The translations under genes were made by a program, and so were the position numbers. Below, in pieces: positions 29,659 through 39,124 of a stretch of DNA of 64,000 nt (positions are counted from its first letter, which is position 1; every line of letters starts with the position of its first letter). Source of the DNA: Candidatus Micrarchaeota archaeon (GTDB lineage: Archaea > Micrarchaeota > Micrarchaeia > Anstonellales > Bilamarchaeaceae); NCBI GenBank assembly GCA_038046765.1, contig JBBSVN010000012.1, positions 36,044-100,043 of the forward strand, in the 5' to 3' direction. The notes under the pieces are model-generated. The model made no database searches. It was not told where the DNA came from and saw only the letters and a list, made by a program, of their open reading frames with translations.

Positions 29659-30549
29659 TTAAAATGTCTGGTCTTGTCTTGCAAATATTATTCTATTAAT
29701 TATTTCTGCAATTTCTGGTGCTGCTTCCAGTTCAGGATAAAATGCAGTTGGAGTAGGTTCTAGTTTTAATCGTTCTTTTTTATTTGCAAGACATTTTTCA
29801 ATTAATCTTTTTGCCCTTGGATTATTCAAAATAATATCCAGCTCTCCGTTAATTACGGCAATCTTTCCCGGCAAGTCTATTTGGGCGCTTTCTAGGGCAT
29901 GTTCTATTTTTGGGCCCGTCTGATTTAACTGGTTATAAAATAACCTGAGGGCGAGTCTATCTGTTGTCTTAAGCCCATGAAAAAATTCGCCTAAAAAATC
30001 TACTGAGCAGTTCGGCATTGCTCGTACGAATTTTAGTATTGGTGCAGCTAATTCAAAGGAGTGCAGCCTATTTGGTCCTAGGAATCTTACCAACCTATGC
30101 AACTGCGCTGGTAAAACGGATTCTAAACTTCCTATAATCGGGTTGATTAACATAAGGGACGCGAATTTATCTGCTACATTCGTTCCGTTTTCCATCATTT
30201 TTTGTATGTACTCTAAAAATAGAAATGCTCCTGCGTCCCTGGCTATTATATGTGGTCTGCTAATTTCAAATTCCAGGATCACTTGCCTAAGCGTGCGTGC
30301 GAACTCCTGACTAAAATCATCGGAAGTTTTGCTACTAAGTTTGTTTAATCCGTGACCTGGTAAATCAAAACCAATAAATGCACAATCATTTAGCGAAACT
30401 TCGGTAGCTAATGCAGCCCAGGTTTCTTTGTTTCCTCCAAATCCATGTATTGCAACAATATTTCTGGAAGTTTTGCTTGAGGGAATCCCTCTCACTAAAT
30501 AGTCTCGTTTTGCGTGCCTATGCTGTCTTAATATGTGCATATAGACCAT
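29659..30549 (-). CDS. Alpha/beta-fold hydrolase.
   Basis: IVAIHGFGGNKETW oxyanion/HG motif. The nucleophile elbow reads ARDAG (Asp type). Confidence 0.5.
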   Translation of the reverse strand: MVYMHILRQHRHAKRDYLVRGIPSSKTSRNIVAIHGFGGNKETWAALATEVSLNDCAFIGFDLPGHGLNKLSSKTSDDFSQEFARTLRQVILEFEISRPHIIARDAGAFLFLEYIQKMMENGTNVADKFASLMLINPIIGSLESVLPAQLHRLVRFLGPNRLHSFELAAPILKFVRAMPNCSVDFLGEFFHGLKTTDRLALRLFYNQLNQTGPKIEHALESAQIDLPGKIAVINGELDIILNNPRAKRLIEKCLANKKERLKLEPTPTAFYPELEAAPEIAEIINRIIFARQDQTF

Positions 30550-30828
30550 TCTTCCTTACTTCGCGCATAAATATAATCTTTCCCAATCATAATAACTCTG
30601 GTAATGATGATGACACTGTCCCAGAGGAGATTTTGTATGACCGGAAGAGTAGCTGCTGAGTTACCATTTAAGGAAATTTTATCCCAAGTCAACTAAAAAG
30701 TCCAGTGAACGACTATTCGTTTACTAGATCGTTCAAAACTTTGTTTTTGAATCTCGACTTGATCTATTCAAAACCAACTAGAGAAACTTATAAATGTGCG
30801 ATCGGTATTACTTATTTGGTTTTGAATA

Positions 30829-31346
30829 TGAACGAGAAATTTAAGGGAATTTTAGAAATCACATTTGCTGTTGTAATCGTTTTATTAACTTTCTTTTTCA
30901 AAGACCAGATTATACAATTAGGCGATTATGGTTACCTTGGTGTTTTCCTAATCTCACTTCTAAGTTCTGCAACAATTCTTTTGCCAGCACCAGGTTGGGC
31001 AGTTGTATTTGCTTTAGGCAGGAGCCTTGACCCATTTTACCTAGCTTTATTCGCTGGTCTTGGTTCTGGTATCGGTGAACTTACTGCATATTTTGCAGGA
31101 AATGGAATTCAAAGTATAATTAAAAATAAACACCTGGAACAAATAAAACAATTTATTAAAAACTACGATATTTACGCAATTCTGATTCTTAGTTTTATTC
31201 CAAATCCTTTTTTTGATATTGCTGGTATTTTGGCAGGCAGTATGCGTATTAATCCATTAAAATTTGTTCTTGTTTGTATTGTCGGCAGGATTCTTCGCTT
31301 TTTACTGCTAGCCTACTTCGGATTCCTAACCATTCGTTTTTTATAA
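30829..31346 (+). CDS. DedA / SNARE-associated (VTT domain) membrane protein. The ORF is open from 30705.
   Basis: YGYLGVFLISLLSSATILLPAPG is the typical DedA motif. Confidence 0.6.
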
Positions 31347-31367
31347 CTTTTTGGTATAATCAAAGCT

Positions 31368-32084
31368 ATGAAAACATTTTATTTCGCTTTACTCGTGTTA
31401 GTAATTTTTGCAATGTTCGGTTGCATCCGTAATAATGATCAAATTAAGATCGAGCAAGTAGTTGTTGCATCAAATAATTCTTCTCTTGAGGCTCTTAATG
31501 ACACTCAAAACGATTCTACTACGAATACTCCTCTTTATCAGGTGAATGTTGGTCTTCCGATACCTCCAAATGTATCTGGTAATACAACTATAAATACAAA
31601 TGAAACTACCAATAACAAGACTAACAATCTTACTAATACGACTACTTATCCAAATCTACCTTCTCCACCTTGCGTAGATAGCGATGGTGCTAATATTTCT
31701 AGTTCTGGATCTGTTACTTTCCAGGGAAAAACATTTTATGATTTATGCACGGGTCAGGAAAATGTGAAGGAGTATACCTGCACTAATAATACGCTCGATA
31801 ATTACATTACTCAGTGTCCATTCAATTACGAATGCAACCTTGGCGCATGTTCGCTCGTAAAACAAACCTGCACAGATAGCGATGGCGGGAAAGACGATCG
31901 CATAAGCGGTACGATAACAATAAAAGACTCATCTGGCAGGTTGCTTAAAACTACAGATAAATGTAGCGGCATATACGATGTTCAGGAGTTTTATTGTAAT
32001 GGTAATCAACTAGCTTATATAGTTACTCCTTGTACTGGAAACTATACGTGCAATGTTGATTCTGGCGCTTGTGATTTTAAGTAA
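31368..32084 (+). CDS. Secreted lipoprotein with an N/T-rich linker and two tandem ~75 aa Cys-rich repeats.
   Basis: Lipobox AMFGC. The repeat C(V/T)DSDGG...C..NY.CN.GAC occurs twice. Confidence 0.5.
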   Translation: MKTFYFALLVLVIFAMFGCIRNNDQIKIEQVVVASNNSSLEALNDTQNDSTTNTPLYQVNVGLPIPPNVSGNTTINTNETTNNKTNNLTNTTTYPNLPSPPCVDSDGANISSSGSVTFQGKTFYDLCTGQENVKEYTCTNNTLDNYITQCPFNYECNLGACSLVKQTCTDSDGGKDDRISGTITIKDSSGRLLKTTDKCSGIYDVQEFYCNGNQLAYIVTPCTGNYTCNVDSGACDFK

Positions 32085-32107
32085 TTGTTTATTGTTCTTA
32101 TCGTTAA

Positions 32108-33019
32108 ATGGTTACTCTTATGCCAAAATTCGATTTTATTGATGTAGTTACAAAAGATAAACTACTTCTACCCGCATTAGTCTTTGAGCCAACAAGTTCT
32201 ACTAAACGGACTGCGTTAATTTATGTTCATGGCTTGGGGGGAGATTTTTACAGCAACAGCGAAAAAGCAAATGCGTTTGCAGAAGAATGCAATAAATATG
32301 GATTTGCTTTCCTTACCTTTAATAATCGCGGTTCGGGATACGATGCTGCAGTTAAAAAATTAGATTCTAAAACAGATAAAGGTTTTGTTAGGGTAGCTGC
32401 CGGAAGAACTTACGAAAAATTCTCTGATTGCGTTTATGACATTGGTGCGGTTATTAGTCAGGCAAAGAAACGTGGATACAATAAAATAATTCTAATTGGC
32501 CACAGTACGGGGGCGAATAAAGTCATTTATTATTTATACAAAAATCAAAATCAAAAAAATATTGTGGCATCAGTCCTTACCGGAGCTTTAAGCGATGTCC
32601 CAATACAAAGGAAACTTTCTGGAAAAAGCTATCCAAAAATTCTGGCTCTTGCAAAAATGCTTTATAAAAAAGGCAAAGGAAGCGTACTTCTGCCAGAAGG
32701 CAGTAGTGATTCTCCAATTACTGCACAGCGTTTTCTAAGCCTATGTGTTGAAAAAAGCGAAGAGGATGTTTTCCAGTATTATTTACAAAACCCAGCATTT
32801 ACCCAGTTAAAAAGTCTCAAAATTCCTGCTCTTTTTATAATTGGAGAAAAGGACGAGTATGCAACAACCAAACCGAATCAAATATTGAAAACTTATTCTA
32901 AACTAAAGAGTAATTTCGAAACTGTCCTGATTAAAGGATCATTACATTCTTTTAATAAAATGGAGAAAAAACTCGCAAAAATTGTATGTACTTGGATCAA
33001 TAAAAAAGTTACACTCTAA
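32108..33019 (+). CDS. Alpha/beta hydrolase (DUF1749-like).
   Basis: YVHGLGG and the nucleophile elbow GHSTG. Confidence 0.55.
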   Translation: MVTLMPKFDFIDVVTKDKLLLPALVFEPTSSTKRTALIYVHGLGGDFYSNSEKANAFAEECNKYGFAFLTFNNRGSGYDAAVKKLDSKTDKGFVRVAAGRTYEKFSDCVYDIGAVISQAKKRGYNKIILIGHSTGANKVIYYLYKNQNQKNIVASVLTGALSDVPIQRKLSGKSYPKILALAKMLYKKGKGSVLLPEGSSDSPITAQRFLSLCVEKSEEDVFQYYLQNPAFTQLKSLKIPALFIIGEKDEYATTKPNQILKTYSKLKSNFETVLIKGSLHSFNKMEKKLAKIVCTWINKKVTL

Positions 33020-33020
33020 G

Positions 33021-34379
33021 TTAAATCAGCCTTATTTCTTTATTTTCCTTATCAAGTTGCATTAAACTAACTGTTGCACCATTTTTAGTTGCTTTTTTTA
33101 TTGCAGGGTTTTGACACAGAACTTGCTTTAAGAAATTTAAAACTTCTGGATCAGAATGTACAATCACAATATGTCCCGTACTTTTAACACAATTAACAGA
33201 AGCAAGTGCATATTCAATGCTTCCAAGTGCTTCTTCGCTTAATTCTGCGTTTTTCAAACTAACCGCGAATAACTCGTTTAAATCTGCACCAAAGAACGTG
33301 CGGCCATTTGTTACATTGCCTAAATCTTTTGGATCGCTTAAAATTATCGCGTGAGCATACTGTTCTGCAAAAGTTTTTCCTGCAATTTTAGCGTGCATGA
33401 TCGCGATTCGCACTTCGGATGTGGTTTCTGAAACAAAATCAGATAATTCTCTTGTTTTAGAATAAGTAAGTCCTAAATCAGTTGTATTAAATCCGATTAC
33501 TCCCGCATATACTTTTATTTTTCTTTCTCTTACAATATCTAAATTAGCTAATACTTCTCTTTGATATTCTGTGTTATTGATAAATATGTTGGGGTGACCA
33601 GAGCCTTTTATGTGGATTCGATCTAATAACCTATCAATGCTTTGGCTTTTTCCGCGGTGTTTATGTTCGTCTTTTTTAACTAAGCATGCTCCGCAACCAA
33701 TGTGGCCAATAACAAAAATTTCGCCATTTTCCTTAAGTTTGTCTATTACTGCACGTACTTCATCAGTTACTGCATTTCCCGCAATCTGTACAGTTGCTAT
33801 GTGTTTACCCTCATAATGCCTAAGAGACGTAGCCTCACACCTGGAATCAGAACACATTAATACAACTGCGTCATACTCTTTAGGTGTTTTTACTAAAGTA
33901 CGTTCAAGTGCTCCTTTAGCTCCTGCAATTAAAATTTCTCTTGACGCTTTGATGTCAAGGAGTCCTTGTTTTGCTATTATTCTTTTTAAGTCATCTATAT
34001 AAAACGGATTTTTTCTGCTTTCTCTTACTGAATCTGGAATAAGTAATCTTTCACTTCGAGTAAAACTTCTTGGTCGTGCTACTTCTTTATCTGTTTTTCT
34101 TGGGTCTTCTCTATGCTCTACTCCTCTTAATTTTTGTAACGAAAGAATAATATTTTCTGCATCTTTTAATCTTTTTTTAGCCGTTTTGTCCTTTTTGTTT
34201 TGAATCAGTTTTTCCTTAATCTTTTCTATATTGGCAACATTGAATTTCCGATCTCCAAGAATTAGCGTAGCTTCAGGAAAATTCTGCTTATTTAAGTCTA
34301 AGCAAAAATCAATTAATTCCTGGTGAAGCATAGGATCGGTAATCTGAATATTTTTTAACTTCAAGTCCGGACACTTCAA
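33021..34379 (-). CDS. Beta-class carbonic anhydrase-like protein: an N-terminal ~130 aa extension, a catalytically intact beta-CA domain, and a degenerate second beta-CA-like domain.
   Basis: CSDSRC (Cys plus the Asp/Arg dyad), QIAGNAV, and VIGHIGCGA (His and Cys) give all three Zn ligands. The C-terminal half repeats the fold without ligands. Confidence 0.65.
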   Translation of the reverse strand: MKCPDLKLKNIQITDPMLHQELIDFCLDLNKQNFPEATLILGDRKFNVANIEKIKEKLIQNKKDKTAKKRLKDAENIILSLQKLRGVEHREDPRKTDKEVARPRSFTRSERLLIPDSVRESRKNPFYIDDLKRIIAKQGLLDIKASREILIAGAKGALERTLVKTPKEYDAVVLMCSDSRCEATSLRHYEGKHIATVQIAGNAVTDEVRAVIDKLKENGEIFVIGHIGCGACLVKKDEHKHRGKSQSIDRLLDRIHIKGSGHPNIFINNTEYQREVLANLDIVRERKIKVYAGVIGFNTTDLGLTYSKTRELSDFVSETTSEVRIAIMHAKIAGKTFAEQYAHAIILSDPKDLGNVTNGRTFFGADLNELFAVSLKNAELSEEALGSIEYALASVNCVKSTGHIVIVHSDPEVLNFLKQVLCQNPAIKKATKNGATVSLMQLDKENKEIRLI

Positions 34380-34428
34380 TACATCGCCTAATTCTATGTC
34401 TTTTTTTATGTTTTAAAAACTTATAAAA

Positions 34429-35448
34429 CTATGCTAGAATAAAAGTTTGGCCATTCATCTTGTTGAACTTCATCAGGGTAATTAGTTTTCCATTTTGGCT
34501 CTTTTCTTTTATTATTTTACTTTCAAGAATCTGTTTTTTTAATTCCTTAACTGTATCACTATCTGTATGAAGTATCATTATATGTGGTGAGTCCTTAACT
34601 CCATGAACCTTTAATAGTGCATCTTCTATTGCTGCAATTGATACTGTAGCTATTTTCTTACCAAAGTTACTCACGCATATAATTTCGTTTAAATTTCCGT
34701 CAAAGATTATTCTGGGGTTGTTTACTAAACCTAGGTCTAGTGGGTCGCTTAAAATAATTGTATGTGCATATGCTGCATTCAAATTTACTCCCTGGTTTTT
34801 AGCCTTTGTTAATCTGCTGCTTAAACTTCTTTTTAATCCGTTTATACTGTTGCTTGGTTTACCATCTTTTAGAAATCGTATTGGTTCAAGACTATTTGTA
34901 AAATCTGCAAGTACTGGTATTATTGCTGCTTTTTTAGATATTAAAATTTCGTTGTGTTTTAATTTTTCTACCTGGTTTATTGCATTTGCAGAGTATATAT
35001 CTTTTGCAAAACTATCCTTTTTACCAATTTCCACGTGACTAATTAAATTATCTATGCTGTTACTAATTCCTCGGTTATTGCTTTCCTGTGCTTTTAAATC
35101 ACATTCATAGCACATTAGCGATCCGCAGACAATTACTTCTCCATCTTGTTTTATTCTGATAAATCCGTTATCCAAATCATCTGTTACTATCTGCCCTGCA
35201 GTTTGTATGTTTAAAATTTTTTGTTCTAGGTAATCTGTTAGAATTGTTGGATCAGTGCGTGGTCCAGTTGATGAAACTAAAACTAAATCATATTCCGCCG
35301 GTTTAGCCAAGTTCGCTTTCTTTTGGGTTATTTGCCTTACAAATGCTGCGTTTCCTGCAATTAACAAATCAAGCGATTCTTTTACTAAAATTGGTTGCTG
35401 CGTTTGTACTTTCTTCATTACGACATCGAGTAATACCATCGAACGCAC
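34429..35448 (-). CDS. Beta-CA-like paralogue (duplicated domain) with a degenerate active site.
   Basis: Co-linear with the neighbouring gene (LIAGNAAF, QTAGQIVTD), but CxDSR is replaced by VSSTGPR and HxxCG by GSLMCYEC. The C-terminal half (AHTIILSDPLDLG...) is homologous to that of the neighbour. Confidence 0.55.
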   Translation of the reverse strand: MRSMVLLDVVMKKVQTQQPILVKESLDLLIAGNAAFVRQITQKKANLAKPAEYDLVLVSSTGPRTDPTILTDYLEQKILNIQTAGQIVTDDLDNGFIRIKQDGEVIVCGSLMCYECDLKAQESNNRGISNSIDNLISHVEIGKKDSFAKDIYSANAINQVEKLKHNEILISKKAAIIPVLADFTNSLEPIRFLKDGKPSNSINGLKRSLSSRLTKAKNQGVNLNAAYAHTIILSDPLDLGLVNNPRIIFDGNLNEIICVSNFGKKIATVSIAAIEDALLKVHGVKDSPHIMILHTDSDTVKELKKQILESKIIKEKSQNGKLITLMKFNKMNGQTFILA

Positions 35449-35540
35449 CTCTGGTGGATAATTAGTACTTTATAGTAATAGCTTATGCTAGTAAAGAATT
35501 AAAAAAAGGAAAGATTAAATTATTTGAAAAATATTTAAAA

Positions 35541-36083
35541 TTATTTTCTCATTTTCTTGGATTTTTCCTCTAAGATCATTCCCGCTTTAAGAAGTCCTGC
35601 CAGAAGTTGATACGGGTTAGGTGGGTTTCCAGGTACATTTACATCAACTGGTACAGTATCTTCAACTTTTCCGCTTCCAGCTAATGCATAACTACCTTGA
35701 TATGGAAAACCCGTAACTGCACCATCTCCTGCTGCGACAACTACGCGCGGGTCTGCCATCGCATCATAACTTTTCTCAAGTGCAAGTTTCATATTCATTG
35801 TAACTGGACCTGTAACAATAATTACATCTGCATGCCTTGGCGAGGCTACATAGTGGATTCCAAATCTTTCTGCATCTACACGCGGGTTCATCATCATCTG
35901 TTCTTCAAGTTCGACATCGTTTGGCGAACCAGCGTCAACCATTCTAACGTGTATTGACTGCGCAAAAGGGTTAAGACTGCGTTTTTTAAGTAGTTCTGCA
36001 ACCTCTCTAATATCTGGGTCATCTGAATTAGGATCTATACGGTCCGGATATTTTTCAAAAAGGAATTTGAATATTTCAAACAT
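35541..36083 (-). CDS. NuoB / [NiFe]-hydrogenase small-subunit homologue lacking all four [4Fe-4S] N2 cysteine ligands.
   Basis: Aligns with the NuoB core (RFG..ASPRxxDVxIVxG, VPVD..VPGxPP), but CC is replaced by SP, GSCA by GDGA and GCPP by GNPP. The protein has no Cys at all. Confidence 0.75.
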   Translation of the reverse strand: MFEIFKFLFEKYPDRIDPNSDDPDIREVAELLKKRSLNPFAQSIHVRMVDAGSPNDVELEEQMMMNPRVDAERFGIHYVASPRHADVIIVTGPVTMNMKLALEKSYDAMADPRVVVAAGDGAVTGFPYQGSYALAGSGKVEDTVPVDVNVPGNPPNPYQLLAGLLKAGMILEEKSKKMRK

Positions 36084-36092
36084 ATTTACACC

Positions 36093-37649
36093 TCACAAAT
36101 CAGTACCTGCGTAAGACATATTAAAGCTTTTATTTATAAGCGGGAAATCTGGCACAATATTTCCAGGAACTAAATTTTCCGCGCCACGCCAGTTACGAAA
36201 AGATGCTGTCCTGCATCTAAAACTTTTTATTGTTCCATTATCCATTAGTTCAATCATGAATGTACAAGAACCTCTTGGTGCCTCTGCCCATCCTAAGCTC
36301 CATACACTTTTACGCGATTTTGAAACTGGTACTGGTGCAAGAATCTCGCCATTAGGCATCTTGGCAATTACTGTCTTTATGATTTCAACTGCTTGTTTTA
36401 CTTCTGCAATTTTTACTAGGAACCTGCATAATACGTCTCCTCCCTCTTCCTTCTGTTCGCTAAACTTGACCTTATCATAAAATTCGTAAGGGAAGTATTT
36501 TCTTACATCGCAGCTATATCCTGCTGCACGAGCGACAGGTCCAACTAAAGATAATTTTTGCGCAACCTCTGTTGTAACTATTCCTGTTGAATAAACCCGA
36601 TCAAGATATGTTGAGTTTGTCAATGTAACTGTTTCAAGTGTGTTTAATCTATTGACAAAGTTGTCAAGTTCGCTAACTAAAACACTAATTTTAGTCTCAT
36701 CTAAGTCTGCTTTTACCCCTCCTGGTGTACAAACTCCCCCTAAGAACCTATGGCCAGTTATTTTATTATTAAGGCGCATCATATCCTCGCGCAAAACGGC
36801 GAATCTAGATGCTGCGAAATAAAATCCGACATCTGTTGGCATTCCGCCTAAATCCGATAAATGACTGTATATTCTTTCAAGTTCAGCTAAGATCACTCTT
36901 ATTGCCTGCGCTCGTTCTGGAACTTTTATATCTAGCGCTTTTTCTACCGCTGTACAATAGCCGATCATATTCGCAATTCGTTCATCTCCTGAAATCGATT
37001 CTATAAGTGGTATTGCTTCGGTTATATTTTTTCCTTCAACTAGTTTCTCAACCCCCCGATGAAGGTAGAACATTCTTGTTTCAAGTTTGTTTATTGATTC
37101 CCCGACCACGCTGAATCTAAAATGTCCTGGTTCGATTATACCTGCGTGAACTGGGCCAACTGGAATCTGGAATTCACCTTCGGCACCCGTCATCGGCATT
37201 TCGTAAACGTAATCTGCATTTTTACCCAATCTTTTCTTCTGACCTTCTATATTTTCTAATCCGCCATCAGGATGGAAAAGTATTGGACGTGAATCTGGAA
37301 TGTTATCAAATCTAAGTCCGCTTAAATCCTGCATTTTCCTCTCATCCCATACTGCTGCGTTAACAACTGCAGAAACTGCATAAAATTCCTTGCCTTCTGC
37401 ATATAATACTGCGAATGTTTCAAGAGCTGGCACACGAAAAACATATGATGCCTGAAAGTTTCCTTTTTCTAAATCACTTATAAATGAGCTATCGAATAAT
37501 GCATTCTCTTTAATCATTTTTTCACTTAAACCTGGCAAATCTTTGGAATTACATTTTATCCAGACTATTCCTGATTGTTCAACAGAAGAAATTTTTGCAT
37601 TAGCAGATGACTCAAGCTGTTTTAAGAATTTTTCTAATTTAGAATCCAT
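36093..37649 (-). CDS. NuoC-NuoD fusion / group-4 hydrogenase large-subunit homologue without NiFe-binding cysteines.
   Basis: GPVHAGIIEPGHFRF...LHRGVEKL is a NuoD/EchE-like core. The N-terminal CxxC position reads ANMIGYC, and the C-terminus ends NMSYAGTDL with no DPCxxC. Confidence 0.75.
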   Translation of the reverse strand: MDSKLEKFLKQLESSANAKISSVEQSGIVWIKCNSKDLPGLSEKMIKENALFDSSFISDLEKGNFQASYVFRVPALETFAVLYAEGKEFYAVSAVVNAAVWDERKMQDLSGLRFDNIPDSRPILFHPDGGLENIEGQKKRLGKNADYVYEMPMTGAEGEFQIPVGPVHAGIIEPGHFRFSVVGESINKLETRMFYLHRGVEKLVEGKNITEAIPLIESISGDERIANMIGYCTAVEKALDIKVPERAQAIRVILAELERIYSHLSDLGGMPTDVGFYFAASRFAVLREDMMRLNNKITGHRFLGGVCTPGGVKADLDETKISVLVSELDNFVNRLNTLETVTLTNSTYLDRVYSTGIVTTEVAQKLSLVGPVARAAGYSCDVRKYFPYEFYDKVKFSEQKEEGGDVLCRFLVKIAEVKQAVEIIKTVIAKMPNGEILAPVPVSKSRKSVWSLGWAEAPRGSCTFMIELMDNGTIKSFRCRTASFRNWRGAENLVPGNIVPDFPLINKSFNMSYAGTDL

Positions 37650-37651
37650 AT

Positions 37652-39124
37652 TTAAACACCCCCGATTAAACTACCTGCATCTTTTATTAAATTAAGAACT
37701 GGTGCTGGAGGGAACAATGCTAATGCTATTGCAAGAAGCAAAAGCGCAATCACTGAAAATGACATGTAAGGACTTACTTCTATATGTTTTGGCATTTTTT
37801 CCGGCTTATTACCAAAGACCATATCTGAAGCTTTGTAGAGGAAACTTGCAAATGCAATTACTGTAAATACGATTACAAAAAGAGCAACTAGGTATTGTCC
37901 CTTTGATAATGCGCCTCCTAGAAGTGCAATTTCAGAAAAGAACGTACCAAATGGGATACTTCCAGCCACTCCTAAAACAGCTAGTAAAAATAAAAGTCCA
38001 AAAACAGGTACTGCGCTTGCAGCTCCCTTTATATCTGGCATATTTTTAGTGCCATATGCATTTGTTATAATTCCACCTAAAAGAAATGCTAATGGTTTAG
38101 CTAAAGAATGAGCAAGCATATGGAATAATGCTGCAAAAATTGCTATTGGTCCACCAATTCCAGTAGCTAGTACAATAATTCCCATATTCTCTACGCTTGA
38201 ATATGCTAAAAGTCGCTTAAGGTTATCTTGTGCAAAAAGACGAAGCGCGCCTACAACTAGGGAAAGCACGCCAAATAGTATAAATAATCCTGACGCAAAA
38301 CCTGCAATTTCTGGTGACAAGATTACAATTCCATATACTCTTAATATTCCATAAAGGGCTATATTTAATATAAGTCCGGATAGTAAAGCACTAACTGGAG
38401 TTGGTGCCTGACTGTGCGCATCTGGAAGCCACACATGCAACGGTACAAGACCAACCTTTGTCCCGTATCCAACTAAAACGAATACGAATGCAAGTTTAAG
38501 GTATAGTGGGTTTATTTTGGTAATATCAAACGGTGTTCCGTAAACTGGGGTTTCTAAACCTCCCTGTGCAAATGCATAAAATAAAACAAGAATTCCAATA
38601 AATGCCAGTGTAAATCCAACAGAATTTATTGTAAAGTATTTCCATGCTGCTTCTATTGAAGCTTTGGTGTTGTAAAAACTTATCAAAAACACTGATGAGA
38701 GTGTTGTAAGTTCAACTGCTGCCCAAACGTGAATTGGGTTTGATGCTAAAAGTCCAGTTAGCATTGCAGCTAAAAACAGGGAAAGCTGTGCATAAAATCT
38801 TGCGAGCCTGTCTTCTTTAATTATTCCTTCTTCTACTTCATGGCGCATATATCCTACAGAGTAAATAAATACCAGTAGTGAAACAACTGATGTAATTCCT
38901 ATTAAAAATGCTGATAATGCATCCATTCTAAGTAGTTCTGAGAAATCTGAAATCGGTGCCCCGCTACTTATGAAAATTGATATTGAAAATAGTGCTGCAC
39001 CAACTGCTCCAAGAGCGCCTAAACATGCAACTAATTCTGCAAGTCGCGGGTGTTTACCTAAAAATACAGCAATTATTCCTGCAATTACCGGGAAAAGAAT
39101 AATTAATTCAAGCATAAATATCAC
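37652..39124 (-). CDS. NuoM/NuoN/HyfD/MrpD-like antiporter-type membrane subunit.
   Basis: About 14 TM helices with conserved PF00361-type motifs (WLPEAH-like HVWLPDAH). Confidence 0.75.
   Translation of the reverse strand: MIFMLELIILFPVIAGIIAVFLGKHPRLAELVACLGALGAVGAALFSISIFISSGAPISDFSELLRMDALSAFLIGITSVVSLLVFIYSVGYMRHEVEEGIIKEDRLARFYAQLSLFLAAMLTGLLASNPIHVWAAVELTTLSSVFLISFYNTKASIEAAWKYFTINSVGFTLAFIGILVLFYAFAQGGLETPVYGTPFDITKINPLYLKLAFVFVLVGYGTKVGLVPLHVWLPDAHSQAPTPVSALLSGLILNIALYGILRVYGIVILSPEIAGFASGLFILFGVLSLVVGALRLFAQDNLKRLLAYSSVENMGIIVLATGIGGPIAIFAALFHMLAHSLAKPLAFLLGGIITNAYGTKNMPDIKGAASAVPVFGLLFLLAVLGVAGSIPFGTFFSEIALLGGALSKGQYLVALFVIVFTVIAFASFLYKASDMVFGNKPEKMPKHIEVSPYMSFSVIALLLLAIALALFPPAPVLNLIKDAGSLIGGV

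Noticed and set aside
29378-29660. Extremely AT-rich 280 bp region as a candidate replication origin or IS remnant.
   Set aside because: No ORB-like inverted repeats and no terminal inverted repeats. It is distant from cdc6 and more simply the promoter/UTR of the speH-like gene.
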